From Candidatus Vogelbacteria bacterium (GTDB taxonomy: Bacteria; Patescibacteriota; Minisyncoccia; Phycocordibacterales; JACRKE01): 64,000 nucleotides of DNA. Positions 1 through 7,668 of this stretch are shown here, piece after piece. The notes below the pieces were generated by a model. That model did no database searches. It was not told the origin of the DNA and worked only from the letters and a program-made list of their open reading frames with translations. Position 1 is the stretch's first letter, and every line of letters starts with the position of its first letter. Position numbers and translations under genes: made by a program. The stretch spans positions 2,924 through 66,923 of the forward strand of contig JACRKE010000037.1 of NCBI GenBank assembly GCA_016215335.1, read 5' to 3'.

Positions 1-44
1 AGTGGATTAAATACAATAATCAAAAAACACCCCTTGAGGCCCAA

Positions 45-368
45 GTGCAACCCCTGCTTTCAGAAGAAAAAGTTACAGAGGATGAAGAGCGCAAAATGGA
101 ACAAGATGAAGCGGTAGCCGAGAGTACTCCCGGAACTCCGATCGCAAAAATTCAGGAACTCGAAGCAAAAAGGTGGGCAACTCAACAAAAGCGTCACGGT
201 ATCGAGGAACAAAAATGGGCTTTTCAAAAGCAGACTGAGTCATTTAGAACTTCAATGGATTCACTAAGTGAAGAGTACAGAAAAATACTTGCCGAAGAAG
301 ACAATGTAAAGAAACAAATCAACGACACCGATTTAGCAATCCGCAATCTGGGAACGGGTCATGTCTAA
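45..368 (+). CDS. hypothetical charged coiled-coil protein
   Basis: 107-aa ORF, E/K-rich; no recognisable motif; immediately precedes 375..1661. Confidence 0.3.
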   Translation: MQPLLSEEKVTEDEERKMEQDEAVAESTPGTPIAKIQELEAKRWATQQKRHGIEEQKWAFQKQTESFRTSMDSLSEEYRKILAEEDNVKKQINDTDLAIRNLGTGHV

Positions 369-374
369 ATAATA

Positions 375-1661
375 ATGGCAGAAGAATCACAAACCAAACC
401 CGAAGACAATCTTTTGGCTGAAAGGGCCCTGGCAAGTCACGCTATGGAAGGAGAACTCCACCGACGTACAGTTACGGAAGAAGAGATCGCGAAGGTCATG
501 AATGTGAGAACGGATGGACCGACAAATATTCAAAACTTCACCATGGAACTTGCACGCCAACGTCAGCTTGCCGAAGCTGCCATGGAGGGACCAGAACATA
601 AAAAGGCCCGCGAAGCAAAGGAGCTTGAAAAACGTGCTCGGGAAGAAGCAATCAAACGCGAACAAGAAGAGAAGGAGCGCGCTCTTCGCATGAAACGTGA
701 GGAAGCCTCGGAATTGGAGAGGATTACAAGTGAGGCAAGAGAAAGGCAAAGAAAAGCGCTCGACGAAAAAAAAGCTACCGTAGATCAACTTTTGAAATCT
801 CCCTCAATGTCGATTAGGCCCGTTCGCACCTATAAGGATGATATGAGTGAGGCCATGAAGGGAGGTAATTTTTCACTTGTTGGCATGGCCATAAAGGAAG
901 ATGAAAAACGACGTGAAAAAATCGAAGAAGTAACAGAAGAAAAAAAAGAGTCACATTTGTTTGCCATTTTAAGTACTATATTAATTTTGGGAGCTTTGGG
1001 TATTGGCGGCTATTTGGTTTATACAAAAATACTCAGAGCGCCGAATTCAGTCGACAAAGCAGCGACATCCGGCTATATTGCTCCGGTATTTTCTGAAAAA
1101 GTTAACACGCTTGTGCTCGACAACAAAACGGATACGCAACTTATGGCGGCAATCAAGAGTGACGTAAGAAATATTTCAGCACCCATAGGGACGATGCAAG
1201 CGGAACGCATTGTTAACTCTGAAGTAGACAACATAGATATAACTTTTCAACGTTTCGCTTCGTTTCTAAGGTTACGTGCTCCCGCGAGTTTGGTGAGAAA
1301 TATCGATCCTGAATTTATGATAGGTATTCATTCATCCGCAGAAAGCACGGGATTCGTCTATTTAAAGCCAACAAATTACGAGACTGTGTTCGCGGGAATG
1401 CTCGAGTGGGAACCTTCAATCATGCGAGATCTTTATGGGATGTTGACCGGCAAGACACCAGACGACAGCTTGCTCAAACTAAAATTCACGGATGCAGTAA
1501 TAAAGAATGTCGACGCACGAGTTGCAAAAAATGAAACTGGTCAAACTGTTTTCATGTATTCATTCTTTACTCAAAATACACTTATAATAAGCACGAATGA
1601 AGGCACCTTTACCGAAGTTATAACTCGTTTGACGACTCCAAGACCAAGAATCCAAAGGTAG
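375..1661 (+). CDS. hypothetical membrane-anchored protein
   Basis: 428-aa ORF; charged coiled-coil N-terminal half (REQEEKERALRMKREE), one hydrophobic helix (LFAILSTILILGALGIGGYLVY), unknown C-terminal domain. Confidence 0.35.
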   Translation: MAEESQTKPEDNLLAERALASHAMEGELHRRTVTEEEIAKVMNVRTDGPTNIQNFTMELARQRQLAEAAMEGPEHKKAREAKELEKRAREEAIKREQEEKERALRMKREEASELERITSEARERQRKALDEKKATVDQLLKSPSMSIRPVRTYKDDMSEAMKGGNFSLVGMAIKEDEKRREKIEEVTEEKKESHLFAILSTILILGALGIGGYLVYTKILRAPNSVDKAATSGYIAPVFSEKVNTLVLDNKTDTQLMAAIKSDVRNISAPIGTMQAERIVNSEVDNIDITFQRFASFLRLRAPASLVRNIDPEFMIGIHSSAESTGFVYLKPTNYETVFAGMLEWEPSIMRDLYGMLTGKTPDDSLLKLKFTDAVIKNVDARVAKNETGQTVFMYSFFTQNTLIISTNEGTFTEVITRLTTPRPRIQR

Positions 1662-1763
1662 CAAAGATACCGAGCATCATGTCTCTCTGTGGACAGTCAC
1701 TTTTGGCTTTGATAGAATGCACACATTATTAACATTGTTAAATCTTAAACTTTCTTCTATTTA

Positions 1764-2144
1764 ATGACATTGGATATCACAAAGTTTCAGAAGAAACTCG
1801 AGGAAGACAAAAAAAGGCTAGAAACAGAGCTAAGTGGTGTAAGTGTCAGAGTAAACCCAAAAGATCCAGAAAACTGGGAAGCCGCTTACGACACTCCGGA
1901 CGAACTTACCGAAACACACTCGGCAGAAATAGACCCGATGGATGTCGCCGAAACAATTGGAAATTATGAAAAAGGGTTTGCCTTAAATCAACAGTTGGAA
2001 GAACAATTAAACCGTGTAAAGCACGCCCTCGACAAAATTAAGGATGGAACTTACGGCATGTGCGACAAATGTAACTCGATGATTCCCCTGGCTCGACTTG
2101 AAGCAAACCCGGCCGCAGTTACGTGCATGGCACATTCGAGATAG
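1764..2144 (+). CDS. DksA/TraR-family C4-type zinc-finger protein
   Basis: 126 aa; C-terminal CDKC-x17-C spacing typical of zf-DksA/TraR; coiled-coil N-terminus. Confidence 0.5.
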   Translation: MTLDITKFQKKLEEDKKRLETELSGVSVRVNPKDPENWEAAYDTPDELTETHSAEIDPMDVAETIGNYEKGFALNQQLEEQLNRVKHALDKIKDGTYGMCDKCNSMIPLARLEANPAAVTCMAHSR

Positions 2145-2169
2145 GGAAAAGTACATAGTATGTAGCGAA

Positions 2170-2208
2170 CCCCTATATACGATATACTATTTACTATATA
2201 CTAATTCA
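2170..2208 (+). promoter_or_regulatory. conserved upstream motif CCCCTATATAC-N9-TTTACTATATACTAATTCA abutting the comM ATG
   Basis: Near-identical blocks precede pilB (rc of 49981-50020), yidC (rc of 37429-37497), yebC (rc of 46759-46800) and the 60773 ORF (60735-60772); the TATACT -10-like hexamer ends 6-7 nt before the ATG. Confidence 0.55.
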
Positions 2209-3912
2209 ATGCTCTCCAAAGTCTACTCTGCACAGGTGCATGGCCTAGATGCCATGATCGTCACCGTGGAAGTAGACATTTCCAAAAGCCTCAAATCTTT
2301 TACGATAGTGGGCCTGGGGGACAAGGCGGTCGGAGAGGCTAAAGACAGAATATCTGCGGCTATTAAAAATTCAGACTTTCCGTCACCGCACAAGGGTAAC
2401 AAGAAAACGGTAGTGGCACTGGCGCCGGCTGACGTTAAAAAGGAGGGGACGGTTTTTGACCTCGCGATAGCGCTCGGACATCTTCTTGCCTCCGGCGAAG
2501 TTATTTTCGACACCGATTCTAAAATTTTCGTCGGCGAGCTTGCGCTTGGTGGGGAAGTGAGACCCGTACGCGGAGCTCTTATGATAGCGCGTCTCGCAAA
2601 ACAGTTGGGTTATAAAGAACTTTACTTGCCGGAAGCAAACGCACTCGAGGCGGCAATAATTGACGGGGTCAAAATTTTCCCATGCGTAAATTTGAAGCAA
2701 GTAGTCGGACATTTGACGGCAAAGAAGACAAACGTCCGAAAACCAGAAGCTAAACAAAGAGCCTTGCTTCCAAATACATCTGCCTGCCCGTCTGGCAGGC
2801 GAGAAAGCAAGACTTCTAAGTCAGTTTTCGGAATTTCGCCTTCTTTCATGAGCAGTGAAATCACCCCCGCACCTCTGACCAAAATTAAATACAGAGAGAA
2901 CAAAGCGGCGCTCGACTTTTCAGACGTACGCGGCCAAGAGTCGGCAAAACGAGGGCTTGAAATCGCGGCGGCAGGAAGACACAACATCGCGATGTACGGA
3001 CCGCCCGGGACCGGTAAAACCATGCTCGCCAAGGCTTTTCTCGGCATTTTACCTTCGCTTTATTTTGATGAAGTTTTGGAAGTTACGGGAATTCATTCTG
3101 TGGCGGGGCACTTGGAGGATGGCCTAATCACCGAACCGCCATTTCGTTCCCCGCACCACAGTTCTTCGCACGTAGCTCTCATCGGAGGTGGAGCAAACCC
3201 AAAGCCGGGAGAAATTACGCTCGCGCATCGGGGTGTACTATTTCTTGACGAGTTTCCGGAGTTTGACAGGAGAGTAATCGAGTCTCTGCGCCAACCCCTC
3301 GAAGACAGAGTGGTGCATGTGTCGCGGGCAAAAGGCTCTGCCAAATTTCCGGCCAATTTTATTCTTATCGCGGCCATGAATCCCTGTCCATGCGGCAACA
3401 AAGGGATGAGCAACAAAATGTGCAACTGCACAATCGGCGCTATCCAGAATTATGAAAAGAAAATGTCGGGCCCCATTATGGACAGAATAGACATTTGGCT
3501 TGAAGTGCCACACATTGATTACGAAAAACTTTCTGATGTAACCCTGAAGGGTGAAATATCTAGTAAGGTACGCGAAAGAGTGAAGGAAGCACGAGATATT
3601 GCGATCGCACGGTTCCAAAAAACCCGCCTGTCGAACGGTGAAGTTGGCCTGCCGAAGGGGCTGGCAAATTTGGAAAAAAGCGCAAACAGCGACATGGGGG
3701 TGAAAGAGCTTGAACAGTTTGCCAAATTATCAGCAGATGTCTGCAAGCTCCTGAATGAATCGGCGAGAAAACTTGATCTGTCCGCCAGGGGATATCACAG
3801 GGTAATTAAATTAGCCAGAACCATCGCCGATCTAGGAAAGAGAGAGGAGATTAGTGGGGGTGACGTATTGGAAGCCCTGCAATTTCGTCCAAGGTCACTT
3901 TCGAATATATGA
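2209..3912 (+). CDS. comM: YifB/ComM family Mg-chelatase-like AAA+ ATPase
   Basis: Lon-like N-terminal domain (MLSKVYSAQVHGLDAMIVTVEVDI), Walker A GPPGTGKT, Walker B LFLDEFPEF, Cys-rich segment and C-terminal YifB-type domain. First ATG at 2209 lies directly after the conserved upstream motif, so the 2098 ORF start is read-through. Low-complexity linker between the Lon and AAA domains. Confidence 0.8.
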   Translation: MLSKVYSAQVHGLDAMIVTVEVDISKSLKSFTIVGLGDKAVGEAKDRISAAIKNSDFPSPHKGNKKTVVALAPADVKKEGTVFDLAIALGHLLASGEVIFDTDSKIFVGELALGGEVRPVRGALMIARLAKQLGYKELYLPEANALEAAIIDGVKIFPCVNLKQVVGHLTAKKTNVRKPEAKQRALLPNTSACPSGRRESKTSKSVFGISPSFMSSEITPAPLTKIKYRENKAALDFSDVRGQESAKRGLEIAAAGRHNIAMYGPPGTGKTMLAKAFLGILPSLYFDEVLEVTGIHSVAGHLEDGLITEPPFRSPHHSSSHVALIGGGANPKPGEITLAHRGVLFLDEFPEFDRRVIESLRQPLEDRVVHVSRAKGSAKFPANFILIAAMNPCPCGNKGMSNKMCNCTIGAIQNYEKKMSGPIMDRIDIWLEVPHIDYEKLSDVTLKGEISSKVRERVKEARDIAIARFQKTRLSNGEVGLPKGLANLEKSANSDMGVKELEQFAKLSADVCKLLNESARKLDLSARGYHRVIKLARTIADLGKREEISGGDVLEALQFRPRSLSNI

Positions 3913-3961
3913 GCGCGAGCAGAATCAGATGTTTGTTTTTGTAGAAGAGATTAAACATTTT

Positions 3962-5239
3962 CTAGAATGGGTTTCTAGCTCCACGAACCTCAAAATGAAG
4001 ATGGGGGCCCGTTGATTTGCCAGTATTACCCAATAAACCGACAGTCTCTCCCTGCGCGACCCTGTCTCCGACTCCAACTGAACTCCTTAACAAATGAGAG
4101 TACAAAGTTTGGGTGCCGTTATCGTGGCTTACCACAACATAGTTGCCATAACCTCCATTCCATCCGCCTTGTCGACTTACAATGACCGTTCCCGCGGCAG
4201 CAGCCTTTATCGGGGCACCAGAACAACGGCACTCCGAAGCCAAGTCAACGCCATTGTATCCGTGCAATCCCTGTGTACGCCTGCCACCAGGCAAAGGATT
4301 CGCATAGTATCCGTTATAAGTAGGGCCGTTTATATCGTGCGCAGGATTATCTTTAACAGAGTCTTTTGAAACCCTATTTTTCGGAGGAGTCAAAACTACA
4401 ATCTCTCCGTCAGGAACCAATATTTCATCTCCTGCGCTAAGTCCATCTTGGATCACTTCTGAATTGAACAGTAAAATTTCGTCCGGATCCGCTTTGTACT
4501 TCGCCGCAATGCCACTAACTGTTTCACCCTTTTTGACAATATGTCTGACTCCGGTAACGGGCAATATGGTAAGAACCTGTCCCTCGGTCAGTTTTGAATT
4601 ACGGGAGAGATTGTTCGCCCAAAGCACTGTGTTTACCGAAACATTAAACGTCTTCGCTATCTCTCTCACACTGTCTCCGGCGCGTACCGTATACAAAGAT
4701 ATTTGGTCCGACCCCGCATAATCTCCTATGACATCAGCGATAGTTCCAAGGGGGCCGTCATCCGGAAGAAGAGAACCGCCGATAACACTTATATCTCCGC
4801 CGCCCATGGCGACAATTGTATTCGGGTTCTTTTCCGGATTAAGCAACGGCAAAGTTTGAGAATTGTTTCTCAAAATGGTTGACGGAGCGGCCTCCGCTTC
4901 ATGAAAAAGTTTAAAAAATGCGCGAGCCGGAATAGTGACCGCGAAAACCAAGACAAGAACGCTAAAAACAAAAAAACGCCTGTTCTCTCGAACCGGTGAG
5001 CAGAGGGAGTATATTTTGGCCTTAAGGGAGCTCGTGACGCTCCGGCTGGCCTTGGAATCTATAGATAAAATAAGCCTAATTATTTGGGTATTTTCTGAAT
5101 TCTTGAGTTTAAGCCTTCTGACTCTGAACCGGCCAAACCCCAAGAAATGCAACTGTACTTCCGTCCCTCTATCATAGCATGAATGGGCATGAATGAGAAC
5201 TCTAAAACACATTATCCTGTGGATAGGGGATTTGGTCAA
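3962..5239 (-). CDS. LysM-domain M23 family metallopeptidase
   Basis: Two LysM repeats (YTVRAGDSVREIAKTF..., HIVKKGETVSGIAAKY...) and a C-terminal M23 signature (HxxxD...GNTGKSTGPHLHFE). TM helix RRFFVFSVLVLVFAV near the N-terminus. True start uncertain: no ATG between 5212 and the TM segment, so the start may be internal or non-ATG. Confidence 0.75.
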   Translation of the reverse strand: MTKSPIHRIMCFRVLIHAHSCYDRGTEVQLHFLGFGRFRVRRLKLKNSENTQIIRLILSIDSKASRSVTSSLKAKIYSLCSPVRENRRFFVFSVLVLVFAVTIPARAFFKLFHEAEAAPSTILRNNSQTLPLLNPEKNPNTIVAMGGGDISVIGGSLLPDDGPLGTIADVIGDYAGSDQISLYTVRAGDSVREIAKTFNVSVNTVLWANNLSRNSKLTEGQVLTILPVTGVRHIVKKGETVSGIAAKYKADPDEILLFNSEVIQDGLSAGDEILVPDGEIVVLTPPKNRVSKDSVKDNPAHDINGPTYNGYYANPLPGGRRTQGLHGYNGVDLASECRCSGAPIKAAAAGTVIVSRQGGWNGGYGNYVVVSHDNGTQTLYSHLLRSSVGVGDRVAQGETVGLLGNTGKSTGPHLHFEVRGARNPF

Positions 5240-5385
5240 AATTTGACACTAAAGACATACACATGTTAATATAATAATCGGATTCGCGGCTGGGCAGTCG
5301 CGAAAATTTGTTGAAATGGAGGCGCCGAGTGAACAATAATCGAAGCAAGGACAACGAGCACGCGGAAGTATCGAGAGTCGAGTGC

Positions 5386-5889
5386 ATGACTGACAATGAA
5401 TTTTCAGCATGGGAAAGAGGGGCGAGCACGGAACCCGATCCATTGAGGACGATCCACGAAGCACGCTCGGGACTGCGAGATGTCGCCAGTCAGTCCAGTA
5501 TCAAGTCGGCTGGCAGGAGAATGTTCTCCTGGAGGCTGTCAGGCAACCTCCAGTTGATTCTAGCCGTAGCTTCAATGCTCTGCACTGTCGCCATCTTGCT
5601 CTGCTTGATGAGGATCAGGGCAGAGCGTGAGATTGTGTTTGCTGTCAACGCGACACTGCGGGCCGAGCTCTCTGATACAAGAGAACAACTGGCAAAGATG
5701 GAAATGAGTGTCGGACTGTTCAAGCAGTTGAACGGACTAGAGTTCTTCAGAGCCAAGGAAGGTGCAAGGCTGTCGGCGAGAGCTGCAATCTTGCACAGCA
5801 ATCTCGATACTCTTTTCACGACGCTGTCAGATAAACAGCGTCACAACAACAGCACCGCGAGAAGCACTCCCATTCCAATAGTCAAGTAA
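5386..5889 (+). CDS. hypothetical membrane/coiled-coil protein inside a GC-rich patch
   Basis: First in-frame ATG (MTDNEFSAW...) of ORF 5308..5889. One hydrophobic segment (LILAVASMLCTVAILLCLM) followed by a coiled-coil. Local GC clearly above surroundings. Confidence 0.3.
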   Translation: MTDNEFSAWERGASTEPDPLRTIHEARSGLRDVASQSSIKSAGRRMFSWRLSGNLQLILAVASMLCTVAILLCLMRIRAEREIVFAVNATLRAELSDTREQLAKMEMSVGLFKQLNGLEFFRAKEGARLSARAAILHSNLDTLFTTLSDKQRHNNSTARSTPIPIVK

Positions 5890-5977
5890 CCCGCCGCGAT
5901 GGACGGCCGAAAGGCCCTCCGTCGCAGGCGGGCTTTTCGTTTGCGATTAACCATTCACAAGACTGTCCTCGATTTAG

Positions 5978-6135
5978 GTATCTGCTCACAACTCCGAATA
6001 AGCGTCTTTGCGAGGTACTCCGAAGCAATCTAGGTTTATCGGAGCAATACACTGGATTGCTTCGGAGTACCTCGCAAAGACAGAGCGAGATATACAGTGT
6101 ATGTTAGCCAGCACTCGTTTTTGTGAGCAGATACC
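5978..6135. other. nested long inverted repeat (outer 15-bp arms, inner 27-bp perfect arms)
   Basis: Outer GGTATCTGCTCACAA 5978-5992 / TTGTGAGCAGATACC 6121-6135. Inner GTCTTTGCGAGGTACTCCGAAGCAATC 6004-6030 / GATTGCTTCGGAGTACCTCGCAAAGAC 6054-6080. Confidence 0.7.
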
Positions 6136-6179
6136 GATTTAGGAATTGCCAGCAACAATAATCGTGCTACGATTATTGC

Positions 6180-6977
6180 ATGAAAGCACAAACTTTTTGG
6201 GAACGTTTCAGAGATCTGAATCCTTGGCACGGGATGCTCATCTCTCTCATTATCATGGTGCTTTATGGAATATGGGCGCTTGGCGATGTGCGCGGGTCTC
6301 TCACGGTACTTTTAATGGTTGTACCAGTTGGCTTAGCCCTTGACTACATCTTGCATTATTTGCAAAACACAACGCTAAAAGGCAAATTTCCGGAGTCAGG
6401 CCTCATAACTTCGCTTATAGTAACAGTGCTAATGCCTCTTCAAGTGGCACCTCCGATCGCAATCGGCTCTATCATACTTGCCATACTTTCAAAGCATTTC
6501 GTTCGCTACGGAGGAGAGCACGTCTTCAATCCGGCTTCGTTCGGGGTGGTGGTCGTATCTCTTTTCACTCCATTTCCTCTGGCGTGGTGGCCGGACGGGT
6601 ACATATGGCTTGCAATATTACTTGGAGTTGTGAACCTGTGGCGCACCCGTAAATATTTCCAAGCTATCACTTTTCTTGCAGTTTACCTTGTATTTCTATT
6701 CACCATAGTAAACGATTCGAAAATCGCCCTACTATCTCTGCCGTTCTTCTTCGCCTGTTTTATGTTGCCGGAGCCGGTAACTTCCGAGGGAGGAATCAAG
6801 GGGCAGATATTTTTCGGTCTTTCAGCCTCCGTGGGAGCGATAATCGCAACATACATTCCGGCGATTTCGATGGCATCACTGCCGGCAGGATTGATGCTTG
6901 CAAACCTTACTCGTTATTTATGGAAAGACAACTCGCCAAAGTATTCTTTAACTCCCGGATTTGTTCCGCAAAAATAG
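6180..6977 (+). CDS. polytopic inner-membrane protein, unknown function
   Basis: 265 aa with at least 6 hydrophobic helices; no family motif recognised. Confidence 0.4.
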   Translation: MKAQTFWERFRDLNPWHGMLISLIIMVLYGIWALGDVRGSLTVLLMVVPVGLALDYILHYLQNTTLKGKFPESGLITSLIVTVLMPLQVAPPIAIGSIILAILSKHFVRYGGEHVFNPASFGVVVVSLFTPFPLAWWPDGYIWLAILLGVVNLWRTRKYFQAITFLAVYLVFLFTIVNDSKIALLSLPFFFACFMLPEPVTSEGGIKGQIFFGLSASVGAIIATYIPAISMASLPAGLMLANLTRYLWKDNSPKYSLTPGFVPQK

Positions 6978-6987
6978 TACGCGCAAA

Positions 6988-7016
6988 CTAAAACAGGCCC
7001 AGTTGGGCCTGTTTTA
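6988..7016. terminator. bidirectional intrinsic terminator between convergent genes
   Basis: aaacaggccc-agtt-gggcctgttt, 10-bp stem with an A-run before and a T-run after. Confidence 0.6.
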
Positions 7017-7032
7017 GTTCGCGGAATTAACG

Positions 7033-7566
7033 TTACTTAACTGTAACCGATCCGGCCGCTCCCGGGTTTAAATGATTGTGGAAACCGTAAGTACCGGCGA
7101 CCTTAAATGTATAGCTCCAACTTGCACCGGGCTGCAGCATACCGGAATCCATATCCGGATGTTCGGAGTGAACCGGGTGCGGGTTTGAAGAAACACGAAT
7201 TGCGGCATCAGAATTGTTCTTAAACGTTAATGAATCACCGACCTTCAAGGCAAGTGACGTTACATCAAATGCGCCTGAAGAATAACTCGCGTTTATATTT
7301 TTAGCCACTTCTGCTATTACTTGAGTGTTGACTTTGACGGTTGCCGGTGCGGCATCTTCAGCCGTGGCACTTGATGTTTCGGACGGCGCACTTGACTCAC
7401 CCGAAGCTGAACCACCTCCGAGAGCGGCGTCCGAATCCTTGGTTTCTGTTGTTGGAGAAATCGGCGCCGGCTCGGGGTTTTGAGTACTATCCCCTTGATT
7501 CTTATACCAAAAACCGAGGGCTGCCAATATTACTATGACGACGACTACGATACCTGCTGTTTTCAT
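7033..7566 (-). CDS. membrane-anchored exported protein with S/A/T-rich linker and beta-sandwich-like C-terminal domain
   Basis: N-terminal TM (IVVVVIVILAALGFW), low-complexity linker, C-terminal ~100 aa with cupredoxin-like hydropathy (GFHNHLNPG) but no Cys ligand. Confidence 0.35.
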   Translation of the reverse strand: MKTAGIVVVVIVILAALGFWYKNQGDSTQNPEPAPISPTTETKDSDAALGGGSASGESSAPSETSSATAEDAAPATVKVNTQVIAEVAKNINASYSSGAFDVTSLALKVGDSLTFKNNSDAAIRVSSNPHPVHSEHPDMDSGMLQPGASWSYTFKVAGTYGFHNHLNPGAAGSVTVK

Positions 7567-7668
7567 ACTTATTATAATTTATTGTTAATGGTTCATTTTC
7601 CAATATGACAAAGATACCATAATAAAAGAGTGAATCAAGGATTCGGAACATCCCATTTCAAGGCGACT

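Noticed and set aside
2098-2208. N-terminal extensions of several track ORFs (2098.., 50046.., 32111.., 46163.., 5308.., 57691..)
   Set aside because: These extensions translate conserved upstream motifs or repeats, or begin at TTG/GTG rendered as M. The first ATG after the motif fits the family alignment better.
2620-2900. Possible intron or intein in comM between the Lon-like and AAA domains
   Set aside because: The extra ~60 aa is a low-complexity S/T/P/K linker with no intein blocks and no frame disruption. More likely a linker expansion.
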